A stretch of 64,000 bases of DNA from Octopus vulgaris (Eukaryota). The DNA lies in assembly GCA_951406725.2 (NCBI GenBank), contig OX597826.1, positions 682,001 through 746,000 of the forward strand, in the 5' to 3' direction. The notes under the pieces were generated by a model. That model saw only the letters and a list, made by a program, of their open reading frames with translations. It did not search any database and had not been told where the DNA came from. Positions 1 to 13,023 of this stretch are shown here, one piece after another (position 1 is the first letter of the stretch; each line of letters starts with the position of its first letter). A program made the translations under genes and the position numbers.

Positions 1-480
1 ACTTCTGGTTCAGAGGTTGATAAAATAAGTAGCAGTTGAATACTGGGGCCAATGTAATCGACTTAACCCCCTCTCCCAAAATTTATGGCCTTGTACCAAA
101 ATTTGAAACCAATATTAATAAAAGGCGGTTACCTGACAGAATCGTTAGCGGTATTTCGCCCGTCTTAACGTTCTGGGTTTAAATATCGACGTATTCGACT
201 TTGCCTTTTATTCTTACGGGGTCGATAATATAAGTACCAGCTGAGTGCTGGGTACGATGTAATCGACTAGTCCTTCCCCAAAAAATTTCAAGCTTTGTGC
301 TTGGATATTTTATACTCTTGGTGGACAGAATGCTTAGCAACTTTTTACGTTCTGATTTCAAATTCCGCCGACGTCTACTTTGACTTTTATCCTGTCAGGG
401 TCAATAAGATAGTACCAGTTGAGTACTGAGATCGATATAATCGATTGTCACCCTCCTCTAAAATTTCAGGCCAACATACC
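1..480 (+). mobile_element. Tandem degenerate copies of tRNA-derived SINE family A
   Basis: Repeats of the cagaatcgttagc...gttctgagttcaaattccgcc...ggggtcgataaaataagtaccag...ggccttgtgcc motif that recurs throughout the window. Confidence 0.7.
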
Positions 481-915
481 TGTTGTAGAAACGTTTGTTT
501 TTGTTTTTTGTTTTTTGTCGCTTCTCTTAATTTTACCAAATATCTTGGCAAATTATGGACTCCACCAATCTAACTTCTACCGGGAGAGTATACATGAAGA
601 TGGTATGATTGATGACGATGATCTTATGATCCTATGGGTTAATGAGATTTATATGCTCACCATAAAACAGAAAGAATAATAGATGGGAGAGACATCTCAT
701 TAAAAAGATCCTAAATAATTTTTCCTCGTGTAGGAAAAAGGCGAAGGCGTCGCTGTGTGGCAAGATGTTTGCTTCCCAAACACATGGTTCCGGGTTCAGC
801 CCCACTGCGTGACGCCTTGGGCAAGCGTCTCCTACTATAGCCTAAGGCTGACCAAATCCTGTGTGTGGATTTGGAAGACGTAAACCGAAAAAAGCCTGTC
901 ATATATATATATATA

Positions 916-2190
916 TTTGGTCGTCAAGTATGAAATTTGTAGAAAAGAAAAAAAGTTGGCTAATATTTTATAAATACAAAGAATAGTTTGATTCATCAAA
1001 ATATGCACCCATGTTGTCAATACACTTTTGCCATTTCAGTGGTAGCTTGTCCAACCCGGAGCTGTAAAAGCCTGGCAATCTAGAGTCAATAAAATCTTGG
1101 AAGGCCTGTTTTACAGCATCGTCAGAGTTAAATTTTTTTGCTATCAAAAAGTTATCCAAATTCTGGAAGAAGTGGTAATCAGTGGGGGTAAGATCAGGTG
1201 AGTATGGTGGATGATGGAGAACTTCCAACTCCATCTATAGTTTCGGCAATGTCATTTTTGCGAGGTGTGGTATGGCGTTATCTTGCAATAAAATAGGAGT
1301 GGATCTGTTGACTAGTCCAGGCTGTTCTTTTTTTTTTTGTAAGTTTCTGCATCATTTGGACCAGCTAACTGCAGTATACTTCGGCTGTGATTGATGAACC
1401 AGGTTTAATGAAATCATAATGGTTCACACCTGCGCCAAACCACCAAACACACGCCATCAGCTTCTTTTGCTGAATTTAGCTTTTTGGACTGTGTTTTGGT
1501 GGCTCGTCTTTGTCCAACCATTGTGCTGAACGTTTACAGTTGTTGTATTGGATCCATTTCTCATCACATGTTACAATTCGATTCAAAGATGATTAATTTT
1601 TGGGACGAGAAAGTAGCATAATGCAGGCTTCCAAACGTTGTTGTTTCTGATTTTCATTGAGTTCATGTGGAACCCACTTATCCAACTTTTTCATTTTGCC
1701 GATTTGAGCTAGATGTTTGCTAGCACCAAACAACAACGATAATTCATTGGCACTTTGAAATGGATCTGACTCGACGGTGGCTTTCAGTTCGTCATTATCC
1801 ACCATTGTTTCTGGTCGACCGCGTTGCTCAGTTGTGAGGTCAAAGTTACCAGAACGAAATTTTGCAAACTAATTTGATACTGTCTGCTGCGTAATAACAT
1901 TAAAATGAAATACTCCATTAATATTCCGAGCTGTCTGTGATGTTGTATTTCCAAGAAAAAACTCATATTTCAAAAATGTACGAATTTCCGACTTATCCAT
2001 CTCTAAACAAAAATAGCAGAAAATGATTTGTAAATACTTTATAAAGCGCAAAATCAGTTGAAATAAAGAAATAGATGTGTCAGCTTTCTAACAAAGAATA
2101 AAGATTGTCAAAATATAATAATGACGCAAAATGAGCGGCTGTCAAAGTTTAACATATACCTTACTACAAATTTCATACTTGACGACCTAA
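916..2190 (-). mobile_element. Full-length mariner DNA transposon (~1275 bp)
   Basis: 27-bp TIRs TT(T/A)GGTCGTCAAGTATGAAATTTGTAG at 916-942 and 2164-2190 (1 mismatch); TA on both flanks. Confidence 0.95.
968..2000 (-). pseudogene. Mariner transposase disrupted by stops and frameshifts
   Basis: MDKSEIRTFLKYEF N-terminus, WVPHEL and HPPYSPDLTPTDYHFF motifs across several frames. Confidence 0.93.
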
Positions 2191-2371
2191 TATATACATC
2201 TGTGTGTGTCTGTACCTGGTGTTGGCGTGGTTACGTCCCCATAACTTAGTGGTTCGGTAAGGCAAAAGAGACAAGGCTTTAAAAAAAGTAAGTATTGGTG
2301 TCAATTCATTCGACTTAAAAATTCCTCGAGGCAGTGCTCCAGCATAAGGGAAAATATGACAGAGTATATTT

Positions 2372-2477
2372 TATTCTGTTGTGTCTGGGGAGAGTCATTT
2401 TCTTTTTGTGCTTTATAATATAACACACTCACTGAAGGCACAGAAAGAAAATGACTCTCCCCAGACACAACAGAATA
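2372..2477. repeat. Inverted repeat, 43-bp arms, 20-nt spacer
   Basis: 2372-2414 is the reverse complement of 2435-2477 with 2 mismatches. Confidence 0.9.
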
Positions 2478-3000
2478 TGCTTCAACACACGAACTCATAT
2501 AAAGAATCTTGCAAACCAAATCCAAAAACGAAGTATATTTTATGTTTTTCATAAAATCCTTAAAATCTGGATTCCAACTGTTTCTCTGAGATCTAACCAA
2601 AATCTTAATGAAGGATGAACTCCACCTGCCTCACTTCTAGTTCAAAGTACACGAGGATGATATGATGGTGACAGTTTAATGATTCTAAAGATTAACGAAC
2701 AAATATGTTTTAGCATTAAACATAGAAAGAAAAAAAAGATGAGAGGATATCATAGAAGAATATTAAATACATTTTTCCTAGTATATGTTTTAATGGTTTT
2801 TTTTGACAATTTGGTTACCAAGTGCTTGTCTTAAATCTTAAAACCCTTCTATTAGAACCGACATATTGACCTCATTAAATTAAAAAATGGTGACTTCAAA
2901 CTGTTTTATTTCTCTCTGTCTGAACAAGATGTTACGGCAAACTCATAATAAAACGTTGTGTTTTACAGATTATTATTTATTATTATGAAGCGGCAAAAGG

Positions 3001-3200
3001 TGGCGAGCTGGCAGAATCGATAGCATACCGGGTAACATGCTTAGCGGCCGTCTTTACGTTCTGAGTTCAAATTCCACCGAAGTCGACTTTGCTTCTCATC
3101 CTTACTAGATCGATAAAATAAGTACTAGTTGAACATTGGGTTCGATGTAATCGACTATCTCTCTCCACCAAAATTCCAGGCCTTGTGCCTATAGCAGAAA
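3001..3200 (+). mobile_element. SINE family A
   Basis: ggcgagctggcagaatcg...gagttcaaattcc (A/B-box-like) to ggccttgtgcctatag. Confidence 0.8.
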
Positions 3201-3589
3201 TAATTTATCGCAAGGACTACACGTGTTACGAACACTCTGTGAGCTATCCAATTATTTTCATTGTTATAGGTCTAGTTTTACTTCCCTTTTGTTGTATAAT
3301 GTGTCATTAACTTGGGCAGACCATAAGCAAAAGTGATTGTCATCTGCCCTAAAGGGTGAAATTTCGAAAAGAAATTTTTTTTTTCATTTCGAAATACTGT
3401 ATAAAAAATTTTAATATGGCGGAGTTTTCTTTGCCAAGCGGAGAAGAGAGGTTGGTGGGAAGCATTTTAAAGGTGAAATTGGCTTTCGCACCCAATCTCC
3501 AACAAATATGGTAGGAAGTAGTAGCAGCAGAATTAACAGCAACAACATCAGCACCACCAACACCGGCAAATATGTATATATGAAAAACA

Positions 3590-5604
3590 AGTGGAAACAA
3601 AAACTCCAGTGCCACCACCGCCATCACAAAAGCCAACCAAAGCAACAATGAACAAGAGAATCAAGAAAAAGAAAAAAAGAATTTTTTCGTACGTAGCACG
3701 TGCGAATTCAACTACCACCGCCACCATTATCACCATTAACGCCAACACAGTCGCTGAAAATGACAAAAATGACAAATCTCGCTCGAACGGGTTTGCATCT
3801 ACAGTGAAGCAAACACAAGAAAATATAAATCTATCGATAAACGATTTAATAAATGGAAAATTCTTATTAAAATGAAATGGAAGAAGGATAATCCTTAACA
3901 CTTCTGAAGCCATTGTGTAGGGCACACTGAGAAAAACAATAATTTATAAAACAATAGTTGAAGTTCGTAGTTTAGAACGAGCAACAAAACAACAAATCGA
4001 AGTAAGTCTATGTCCAGTGTGGGACACTAAAACATGTTTTGCACGCAGGAAGAGATATGGTACTGTAGAGGTGATATTTTCCACAGAGGAAGAAGCAAGA
4101 AAGTACCAGAGATAGACATCTGCTGGTTGGTGACGGCTGTCCTACTGGACAAACAGACATCGTACAGGTGTGAAAACCACATAAACCTAGTCAGGGAAAA
4201 GTTTAGAGTTGTAGGTGCAAATGAATAACGAAAGTCTAGAAACAATTCCGGATATCATAAATTTACCACATGGCACCAACCTCCACGTGGCCGGTTTGGG
4301 TAGAAAGCTGAGGTGTCACCTATGTTGGGACAAAAATGGAAACACGGTACTCGTGCCCAAGCAGATGTGTGCGGCATTTTAACATCGTTTCAGCCAACTG
4401 TTTGAGACGAATGGTACGAGGTGACGAGCAGGGTGACCAATCTCACCCCGAAATGGGCCAAGAGAAAGCAATCCCTAAAAGGTCGGGCAGGGACAGTCAA
4501 TGCCTACATCGCTTCCGCTATATATTATCGCCCGGCCGTTGTGGCTTGTCCCAGTTTCCGTCGGAGCAAACTGGAGCGCATACACTTGTTTTCTGTAGAA
4601 GGGATGCTTCCACTTATCAGGCACTCTATTTGCTGTCAACACCTGCTGAATGGAGGGTTGGGCATGTCAAGGTTGCTGATGCGCAGATATGCGCTGAGGT
4701 TGTGATATCTCCAGTGCTTACTAGTTAGACGGTCAGTGAATGTTCAACCTCTATAGAGGGTTAGTGGCAGGCAAGTGCGATAGTGGGCAAGTGCATCGAC
4801 CTTTGTCCAGGAGACTCTGGTCGTCGACGCGAATGAGCTAGTTGGTCTGTTCTGAAGGACTTTCGAGACGGGGCTTATGGATAATTCCCAGAAATCTTTG
4901 ATTTGGCAGTGCTACTGGGATGAATTGCCGGTTCCGGAATAAATCTACAGGCATGGAAATGTCGTCAGTCGGGCTTTCCCGAGATACCCCAGAGTGACGA
5001 AACTCTTCCGCACGCCCTCGCCCAATGCCGGAGCATTGCTGACTTGTGGATTTATGTCGAATACCTGCCATCGCGTGCAGGAGGGATCCAGTTATAGGCT
5101 GAGCCCATCGTGGATATCGTCCCACTGCCTTGGACAGTCAGTGTTTCTTTGTCTGGTGGCATTAAAGAAAAAGGTTGTGTTGTGGAGCAGGTTGAAACGG
5201 CAGAAAACAGATACTTTCCTCTTTGACCAAGCCCACATCAACTTTTTAATGTTGCCCTTGAAAAGGAACATGAGGATGAAGAAGGGAGTACTGCAATTTT
5301 CTTAAAATATGGGTGAATGTAACATGAATGGCCTGAGTGTACAGGACAGCTCTCATCATGGGCCTCTAGATTGAGGGTTGATGAAGAAGAAAGGGCACTT
5401 GCCCTAGAGGTCAGAGTGATCGTGGATTTTGGTGGGTGGGGAGATTTCCATGAGCAGCTTTCAAAAGCTGCTCTATTCTGGGGATTTTAATTGTTAGAAT
5501 TTTCATTTCTATTCTTTATTTGCAGGTTTCAATCCTACTCTATTTGTACTGTATTGCATCGTTCCCAATCGTTTATATGAACCCCCGGTGGTTAATAAAG
5601 GAAA
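3590..5604 (+). mobile_element. Decayed, internally deleted L1/Tx1-like LINE
   Basis: WAKRKQSLKGRAGTVNAYIASAIYYR...GGLGM (4421-4705) resembles the Tx1/L1 post-RT region; basic ORF1-like start; ends AATAAAGGAAAT before (ATT)n. Confidence 0.65.
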
Positions 5605-5659
<55 letters not shown>

Positions 5660-6208
5660 GAGTGAGAGAGCAGTTCATGCCATCAAAGGGACACTGGGGT
5701 AAAATATACGAAGCCCAATATACCCATCATGACTACCCGTCTGATAAGGGTACACTAGGCACATGCATCACAACCATATGTGCGCGACATTGTGATCTCA
5801 TATCAAGATAAACAGCGCATGACCTTGCAGGTGGGGCCCAGTTAGAATTTTCTTCAGGTTGAGTAGCCCATCCCGCTCAAAAGGTCCCTGAATAAGGGTT
5901 GTTTAAGGATGTTGAAAGAACCACCCATGTTTCCAGAGGTGAATTATTCAAACCCCAAAGAATCCCTCTCAACACATGGCTATGATGCTCCCCCACTACT
6001 TCTGCTCGTGATCAGAGATGCACATATCGTCAGCCACTAAGTGAAATGCTAAACTGGTTAAGGTCAAACAACTGACAGACAAATCTGTGGTATTGAGCAG
6101 AATATTTGCTGTAGCCCATCTTTTATACCAAGACAAAACAATGTACATGATAACACTTCCAATCAGTTAAGATCAGAAGCCATGAGAGCCACTGCCTGGT
6201 ACTGCATC
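5660..6208 (-). mobile_element. ~550-bp non-coding interspersed repeat embedded in (TAA)n, copy 1
   Basis: Near-identical to 46512-47068; both flanked on both sides by (TTA)n; strand inferred from the (AAT)n tail. Confidence 0.85.
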
Positions 6209-6277
<69 letters not shown>

Positions 6278-6284
6278 CATTATC

Positions 6285-6332
<48 letters not shown>

Positions 6333-6370
6333 GTTGTTGTTGTTGTTATAATTATTATTATCATAATAAA

Positions 6371-6940
6371 GGCGGTGGGCTGGCAGAATCGTTAGCACGC
6401 CGGGCAAAATGCTTAGTGGTACTTCGCCTGTCGCTACGTTTTGAGTTCAAATTCCACAAAGGTCGACTTTGCCGTTCATCCTTTCGAGCTCAATGAAATA
6501 AGTACCAGTTACGCACTGGGGTCGATGTAATCGACTGTCCCCTCCTCCAAATTTTCAGGCCTTGTGCCTACAATAGAAAGGATTATTATTATTGGTGTTG
6601 TTGTCAAGGTGTATAGCTCAGTGGTTGGAGAGTCGACCTTACGATCGTGAGATTGTGAGTTCGATTCCTGGACCCGGCTGCATATTGTGTTCTTGAGCAA
6701 GACACTTTATTTCCCTTTGATCCAGTTCACTCAGCTGTAGAAATTAGTTGCGACGTCACTGGTGCCAAGTTGTATCGGCCCCTTTGCTTTTCCTTTGGAT
6801 AACATCAGTGGCATGGAGAGGGGAAGCTGGTATGTATGGGCAACTGCTGGCCTTCCACAAACAACCTTGCCCGGACTTGAGCCTCGGAGGGTAACTTTCT
6901 AGGTGCAATCCTATGGTCATTCATGACCGAAGGGGGTCTC
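6371..6940 (+). mobile_element. SINE family A (6371-6590) followed by another tRNA-headed SINE (6608-6940)
   Basis: Second head tagctcagtggttgg...gagttcgattcc carries A and B boxes. Confidence 0.7.
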
Positions 6941-6964
6941 CTCCTCGTCCTCCTCATCCTCCTC

Positions 6965-7038
<74 letters not shown>

Positions 7039-7395
7039 GTAGGTGAGCTAGCAGAAGTGATAACACGCTACATATATAGAGCAGATACATATATGTGCCC
7101 ATATATATATATATATATATATTCATTTACTTGTTTCCGTCATTAGGTTGCAGCCATGTTGGAGCACCACCTTGTAGAATTTTTAATCGAACTAACTCCA
7201 GTACTTATTCTATAAAGCCTAATACTTATTCTATTGTTCTCTCTTGTTGGTCCGCTAAGTTACGGCAACGTAAACACACCACCGCCGGTTTTCAAGCGGT
7301 GATGGAGACAAACACACACACACACACATATATATTATATATATATATACATGTATATATATACATATATATATATACATATGTATATATATATA

Positions 7396-7457
<62 letters not shown>

Positions 7458-7593
7458 CTCGAAACGTTAAACCCTCCTTCCCTTCTTTCCTGAGCGTCAA
7501 TAATACTTTAATTGTTCCACGTCCTGCGTTGCTGTGTTTTTTTCTCCTTTTTTCTCTTTTTTTCTCTTTTTTTCTGTGTTTTCTTGTTTGGAT

Positions 7594-7643
<50 letters not shown>

Positions 7644-7775
7644 TAAATTAGAGATAAAACCACTATTAGGCAAATCAAACAATGAAAAACTTAAGCCAAT
7701 ACATAAAATTAATTAATTTAAATTATTTTAAATATATATCAAAAGTATTAAAAGATTAATAAAAGATAATGATTA

Positions 7776-7850
7776 AAACACTACGATCGTTTCATGGCTG
7801 TCCAATTCGTAATAATTCGAGTTATGGTTACAGTCAATCTTCAGGTGATT
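7776..7850 (-). ncRNA. Type I hammerhead ribozyme motif, slightly decayed
   Basis: Minus strand aatcac CTGAAGA ttgactgt...acagccat GAAA cgatcg TA gtgttt; palindromic helix III, GUA site. Confidence 0.7.
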
Positions 7851-9050
7851 GAAATATCTAAAATATAATCAGAAATATTTAAACAATATTTTTAAGATAT
7901 AAATAATACAATAATTTTACTTATAATAAACTCTATTATCAAACTAGAAACATAGAACTTAACAATTATGATTATATCAAAATCGACTATAATGTTAAAT
8001 ATCAATTTTAATTTATAAGGTAGGAAACCCACTCATAATCTAATATCGGTATTAGTCTATATCTAATTACATAAATATTTAAAAATGACTAATATATATA
8101 AATTATCAATGAAAATATATAAATGTATATAAATATTATAATTAAGATCTAAAATAATCTCTATAAATAAATGTATATGCACATATAATAAAAACCTAAT
8201 AAATTTAATTTTTCATATTTAAAGATGAAATAGCTAATTTCAAAATACAAATAAACAAACTTAAACGAACTTTCGGAAATCTTATGTAAAATAGTTTTAG
8301 AAATAATCCATTCGTAGTAATATAGTATCGAATAAATACTATAAATACTATAAATATAATTATCAATGGAAATAACTTGCGAATATCAATTTAAAGAAAT
8401 AACTAAGTTAAAACAACGATATTTACATAAGGGGAATATTATTACTCCAAAGGCTTATACAATATTAAAATTTACAATTTGAAGATCTTAAATAAATATA
8501 TACTTATCTTAGCGAGGTTTAGCAATGAACTAAAATTTTGAATCGGAAAACGTCTTTACAGCGTTTATTAGAATACTCTTGGAATTACGTTATTAGCAAA
8601 AAAGAAGAATAAATTGTTGAAGAATTCAATACGCGTGAGGAACCTACGTTTTATTAATGATTGTGAATGGGAAAATTATTTGTTTATCATTGTAAATAGA
8701 ATGAAGTCACGAATAAAGAATAAAATCTCTCTATACTATAATGTTATTTAATAAAATAACTATGATAAATGAAACTTAATACAAAATAAATTAAATTATT
8801 TAAATGATTAAAAACCACTAATTATTAAATATATTCTAAAAATCTTATAAGATTAATAAATATATAAAAATTTATTTATATAGTAACCCCTCAACATACT
8901 ATAAAGTCTTTCCCATGCCTTTATAATTATAAGCTAAAATTAGTGATCATAACCAAAATTATAAATACTTATCAAAATTTGTAGTATAACTATACATACG
9001 TATACATAAATATATAAAAAAAATATACATACATATACATATAAATATAC

Positions 9051-9133
<83 letters not shown>

Positions 9134-9761
9134 CATACACATATACACATACATACACACATACATACATATACATATATACACACATATATACACACAC
9201 ATACACATCTTCACACTCATACATATATATATATATACATAAAATGCAAAAACAGGACAAGAACGCAAAACATCTAGACAGTTAGGTGTTACAAAAAAAG
9301 GAGAAGCAAACATCCAGACAGACAATACAAAGAAAACAAGGGTGGATCTTTCGGAGCTTTCTATCCTCAGTCGAGTGCCAGATTATCTTTTCAATTTCGG
9401 CTAGTTATACTCGAGATTGCTCCAAAGGAAAAACTAAGCTAAGAGCATTAGATTCCTTGGAAGAAAGCGGCGAATGTTTACGAAAACAAGGATGAAAAAA
9501 AACGGAAAATGTTACACAAATACAAATGCAAATAACAGGACATAACAACAGGTGTCTTTCGACTAAGAACGAATTAGATTAAGCTGGCGTATGTGGAAGT
9601 AAAACCTTACGGAAGGGACATAAGATTTGTCAGGCACAGGGAGGAATATAGATGTTGCACGGATGGTAGGCGAACTATAAAAGAAAGGTCATGCTTGGCC
9701 GAACACCGGTCACGTGGGGAGAGAAGTGAGAATATATATAAACACACACACACACACACAT

Positions 9762-9847
<86 letters not shown>

Positions 9848-9904
9848 TTACGGAGATGTACTCGCATAGCAAGTAATTTGATCTGAGATCGTGTGCTGAA
9901 ACGA

Positions 9905-10061
9905 AAACAATTGCAGCGTGGAAGGTGTTTATAAGCCATTTAAGAAACACACAAAAGCCGTTCGATTCACTCCAACATTTAAGTTAAATGTTGGAGTGAA
10001 TCGAACGGCTTTTGTGTGTTTCTTAAATGGCTTATAAACACCTTCCACGCTGCAATTGTTT
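9905..10061. repeat. Perfect palindrome, 78-bp arms, 1-nt loop
   Basis: Exact reverse-complement symmetry about G9983 (catttaa-g-ttaaatg). Confidence 0.97.
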
Positions 10062-10456
10062 ATATATACATTCATATATATATATATACATACTCCAGGC
10101 TTCTTTCAGTTTTCGCCTACCAAATCCACTTACAGGGTTTTGGTCGGCCTAAAGCTATAGTAGACACTTGTCCAAGGTGTCACCCAGTGGGACTGAACCT
10201 AGAATTATGTGTTTGCGAAGCCAGCTTTTTAATATTTAATTTTTGTTAAGCTTATTTACCATCTGAGTTCAAAAGCAACCCGGGTCAACTTTACTTTCCA
10301 TAATTCTTGGGTCGAGAAAGAATTGAACTTCTGTCCAAATACTAGATTAATTCCAGTGGCTTTTCTTAGTACTTTAATTACAATATATCAAATGCAATAG
10401 TAAAACATAGAAGATATAATTTTTATGTTGAACAGCAGCAACAGCAGCAGCAGCAT

Positions 10457-10503
<47 letters not shown>

Positions 10504-10594
10504 ACGGTGGTCATGGTGGCGGCAGCAGCGGCGGCAGTTGTAGTTAAAGTATGTAGACTCTAACTGGTTTAGATATATATAGTATATATATATA

Positions 10595-10661
<67 letters not shown>

Positions 10662-10739
10662 AAATAAGAAAATGGAGAAACACATCTTAATCAATGATCA
10701 ACTACCAGATAATACCCAATCACATAATTTATTAAACCA

Positions 10740-10830
10740 CTACATATGAACAGCTCCTTGATGTAGAGGTCCTTAGTAGGGATGGGTACATCTTTCATTG
10801 ATGAATTGATCAGTATCTTCTTCATTTTAC
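10740..10830 (-). mobile_element. Penelope-like ORF N-terminal fragment
   Basis: SSMKDVPIPTKDLYIKEL resembles the LKDIPLHSKGEYI start of the PLE at 63.9 kb. Confidence 0.4.
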
Positions 10831-11360
10831 AAGCAGTAATGATCTGGGTATTATCTGGTAGTTGATCATTGATTAAGATGTGTTTCTCCATTTTCTTATT
10901 TTGTATTATTAATTTGTGGTAAAACATTTTACCTTTGCCCATATAATACAGTAAATGAATTAACTGCATTGCAGTTCTTAACATTTATGTATTAACTTTA
11001 TTGGGTGCTTCACTAGCAGTATATTGGATATATGTTATCCCATGGAGGGTTGCATTTACAACCCCTATCTCAATTTGTATATATATATATATACATATAG
11101 AAAATAGTAAAAAGTGAAAAAACTACAGAAGGCTTGTTTTAAAAGGTTAAAAAATATATATTTGAGTCAATATGTCTGAAGAATGTTATAAATTTTTTCA
11201 TACAATGACATAGTATAGAAGAAATGACCGGTTTCAGCTTTTCAAATTTCTTAAAACGTTACGTTTACTTTGAGCGGTGATCTAGATAATAAGTGATTTC
11301 TTCCGGTGTAAGGGAGATAATCGCTTAAAATTATTTGCCTTTCTTTGGGATTGAGTTTCT

Positions 11361-11700
11361 CTATATAAGTATGTTGGAATGGTTAAGTTTGGGCTTGTAT
11401 TTTTCAATGAAGAATGTTTCCTTGTTTAGTCTAATTTGTGTTGGTGATCCGATAGCACACTGGTAGAATGGAAAGATTAGAAATTGTGGTAGTAGTTGCT
11501 TTGCGCATTTCTCAATGTGCTCACTAAAGTGTATCATTCTGTATTCTGGGAATGCAATATGTTGTCGATGCAGTGTGCATCTACGTCTGAGTGATAGTCC
11601 CGTGGATCCCACGTAGTCTTGGTGGCAGCCCGAGCATTTTATGACATAAATTATGTTTTCAGAGGCACAAGTAAAATTAGATTTGATCTTGAATTTCTGT
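11361..11700 (-). pseudogene. GIY-YIG endonuclease end of a Penelope-like element
   Basis: FTCASENIIYVIKCSGCHQDYVGSTG...HIEKC...KETFFIEKYKPKLN; paralogous to 33940-34250. Confidence 0.88.
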
Positions 11701-11727
11701 CCCTCTTATATATAGTAGTAGTAGTAC

Positions 11728-11778
<51 letters not shown>

Positions 11779-11959
11779 CAGCAGCAGCAGCAGCAGTAGC
11801 TTAACTCCACAATATGCTTCCCAATTTTCTCAGTAGGGGTACGCACAGACTTATTATTACTATCGTTATTCAAAGCAGTTTGATTCGACCACATGCGACT
11901 TAAAGATTTGCACGCTTTGAACAGAAACCTGGCTCTTTCACGCTCAAATTTCCGAATAT

Positions 11960-11996
<37 letters not shown>

Positions 11997-12057
11997 ACCA
12001 CTCTATCGCTCCACCACCGCACATGTCTCTTTGAGACATTTAGAAATTCAATATTTG

Positions 12058-12102
<45 letters not shown>

Positions 12103-12179
12103 ATAAGAAAAGGAAAAAATTATAAGTGTAGACAAACTTCAATTCAAATCCAAGTTGGTACAGAACCAATATAAATAAA

Positions 12180-12978
12180 TGGTCCTTCTCGAGCTATGCC
12201 AAGCTCATAAGGGCCGGTTTCTCGGTTTCAATGGCGTAGAAATTCCCCGCCTGGACGGGACGCCGGTCAGTCGCAGGATTGCTCAGTTTTACCAGCTGAG
12301 TGGACTGGAGCAACGTGAAAATGAAGTGTTTTGCTCAAGAACACAACGCATCGCCCGGAATCGAAACCACAACCTTACGATCATGAGTTCAACACTCTAA
12401 CCACTGAGCCACGCGCCTCCACACAGAACCAACATACATTCTACAAATTGTTTCGGAATCTAATTAATTCCAAAGACAAAGACGAAAAACTTTTCATGAA
12501 ATACAAATTAGATTCCTCATCAGGAATTACAAACTGGTATGAATGATTACGAACGACAAAAATATACAAAGACCTTTCGTAGCCCAGACAGAAACAAATA
12601 AATGAAAGATAACAAGAATGCCAGATATTCAAAACTAGAATATATATATATATATATATTTATCTATATATGTGTGTGTGTGTGTGTGTGGAGGCGCAAT
12701 GGCCCAGTGGTTAGGGCAGCGAAACTCGCTGTTTCGATTCCCAGACCAGGCGTTCTGCGTGTTAATTGAGCGAAAACACCTAAAAGCCCCACGAGGCTCC
12801 GGCAGGGGCAACTCCTGTTGTACTCTTTTGCCCCAACTTTCTCTTACTCTTTCTTCCTGCTTCTTGAGTAATGCTGCGATGGACTGGCGTCCCGTCCAGC
12901 TGCGGGGAACACATACGCCACAGAAACCGGGTAACCGGGCCCATGAGCCTGACTAGGCTTGAAAAGGGCGCATAAATA

Positions 12979-12980
<2 letters not shown>
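12180..12980. mobile_element. Two SINE family C copies (12180-12422 minus; 12689-12980 plus)
   Basis: Head ggaggcgcaatggcccagtggttagg...tttcgattccc; body gcgatggactggcgtcccgtccag. Confidence 0.75.

Positions 12981-13023
<43 letters not shown>

Larger units (their letters stand above)
738..2345 (+). mobile_element. SINE family B copy split by a mariner insertion (head 738-915, tail 2191-2345)
   Basis: Head gctgtgtggcaag...ggttcagcccactgcg and tail ttacgtccccataacttagtggttcgg match the reverse complement of the intact minus-strand copy at 16190-16600. Confidence 0.7.

Noticed and set aside
6608-6680. tRNA gene
   Set aside because: A/B boxes present but no proper acceptor stem; continues into a SINE body
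9340-9380. Minus-strand CTGAGGA...GAAA gatc motif; similar relics at ~11225, 12480-12525, 34465, 60620
   Set aside because: Too decayed to call: missing UH, core bases or helix I
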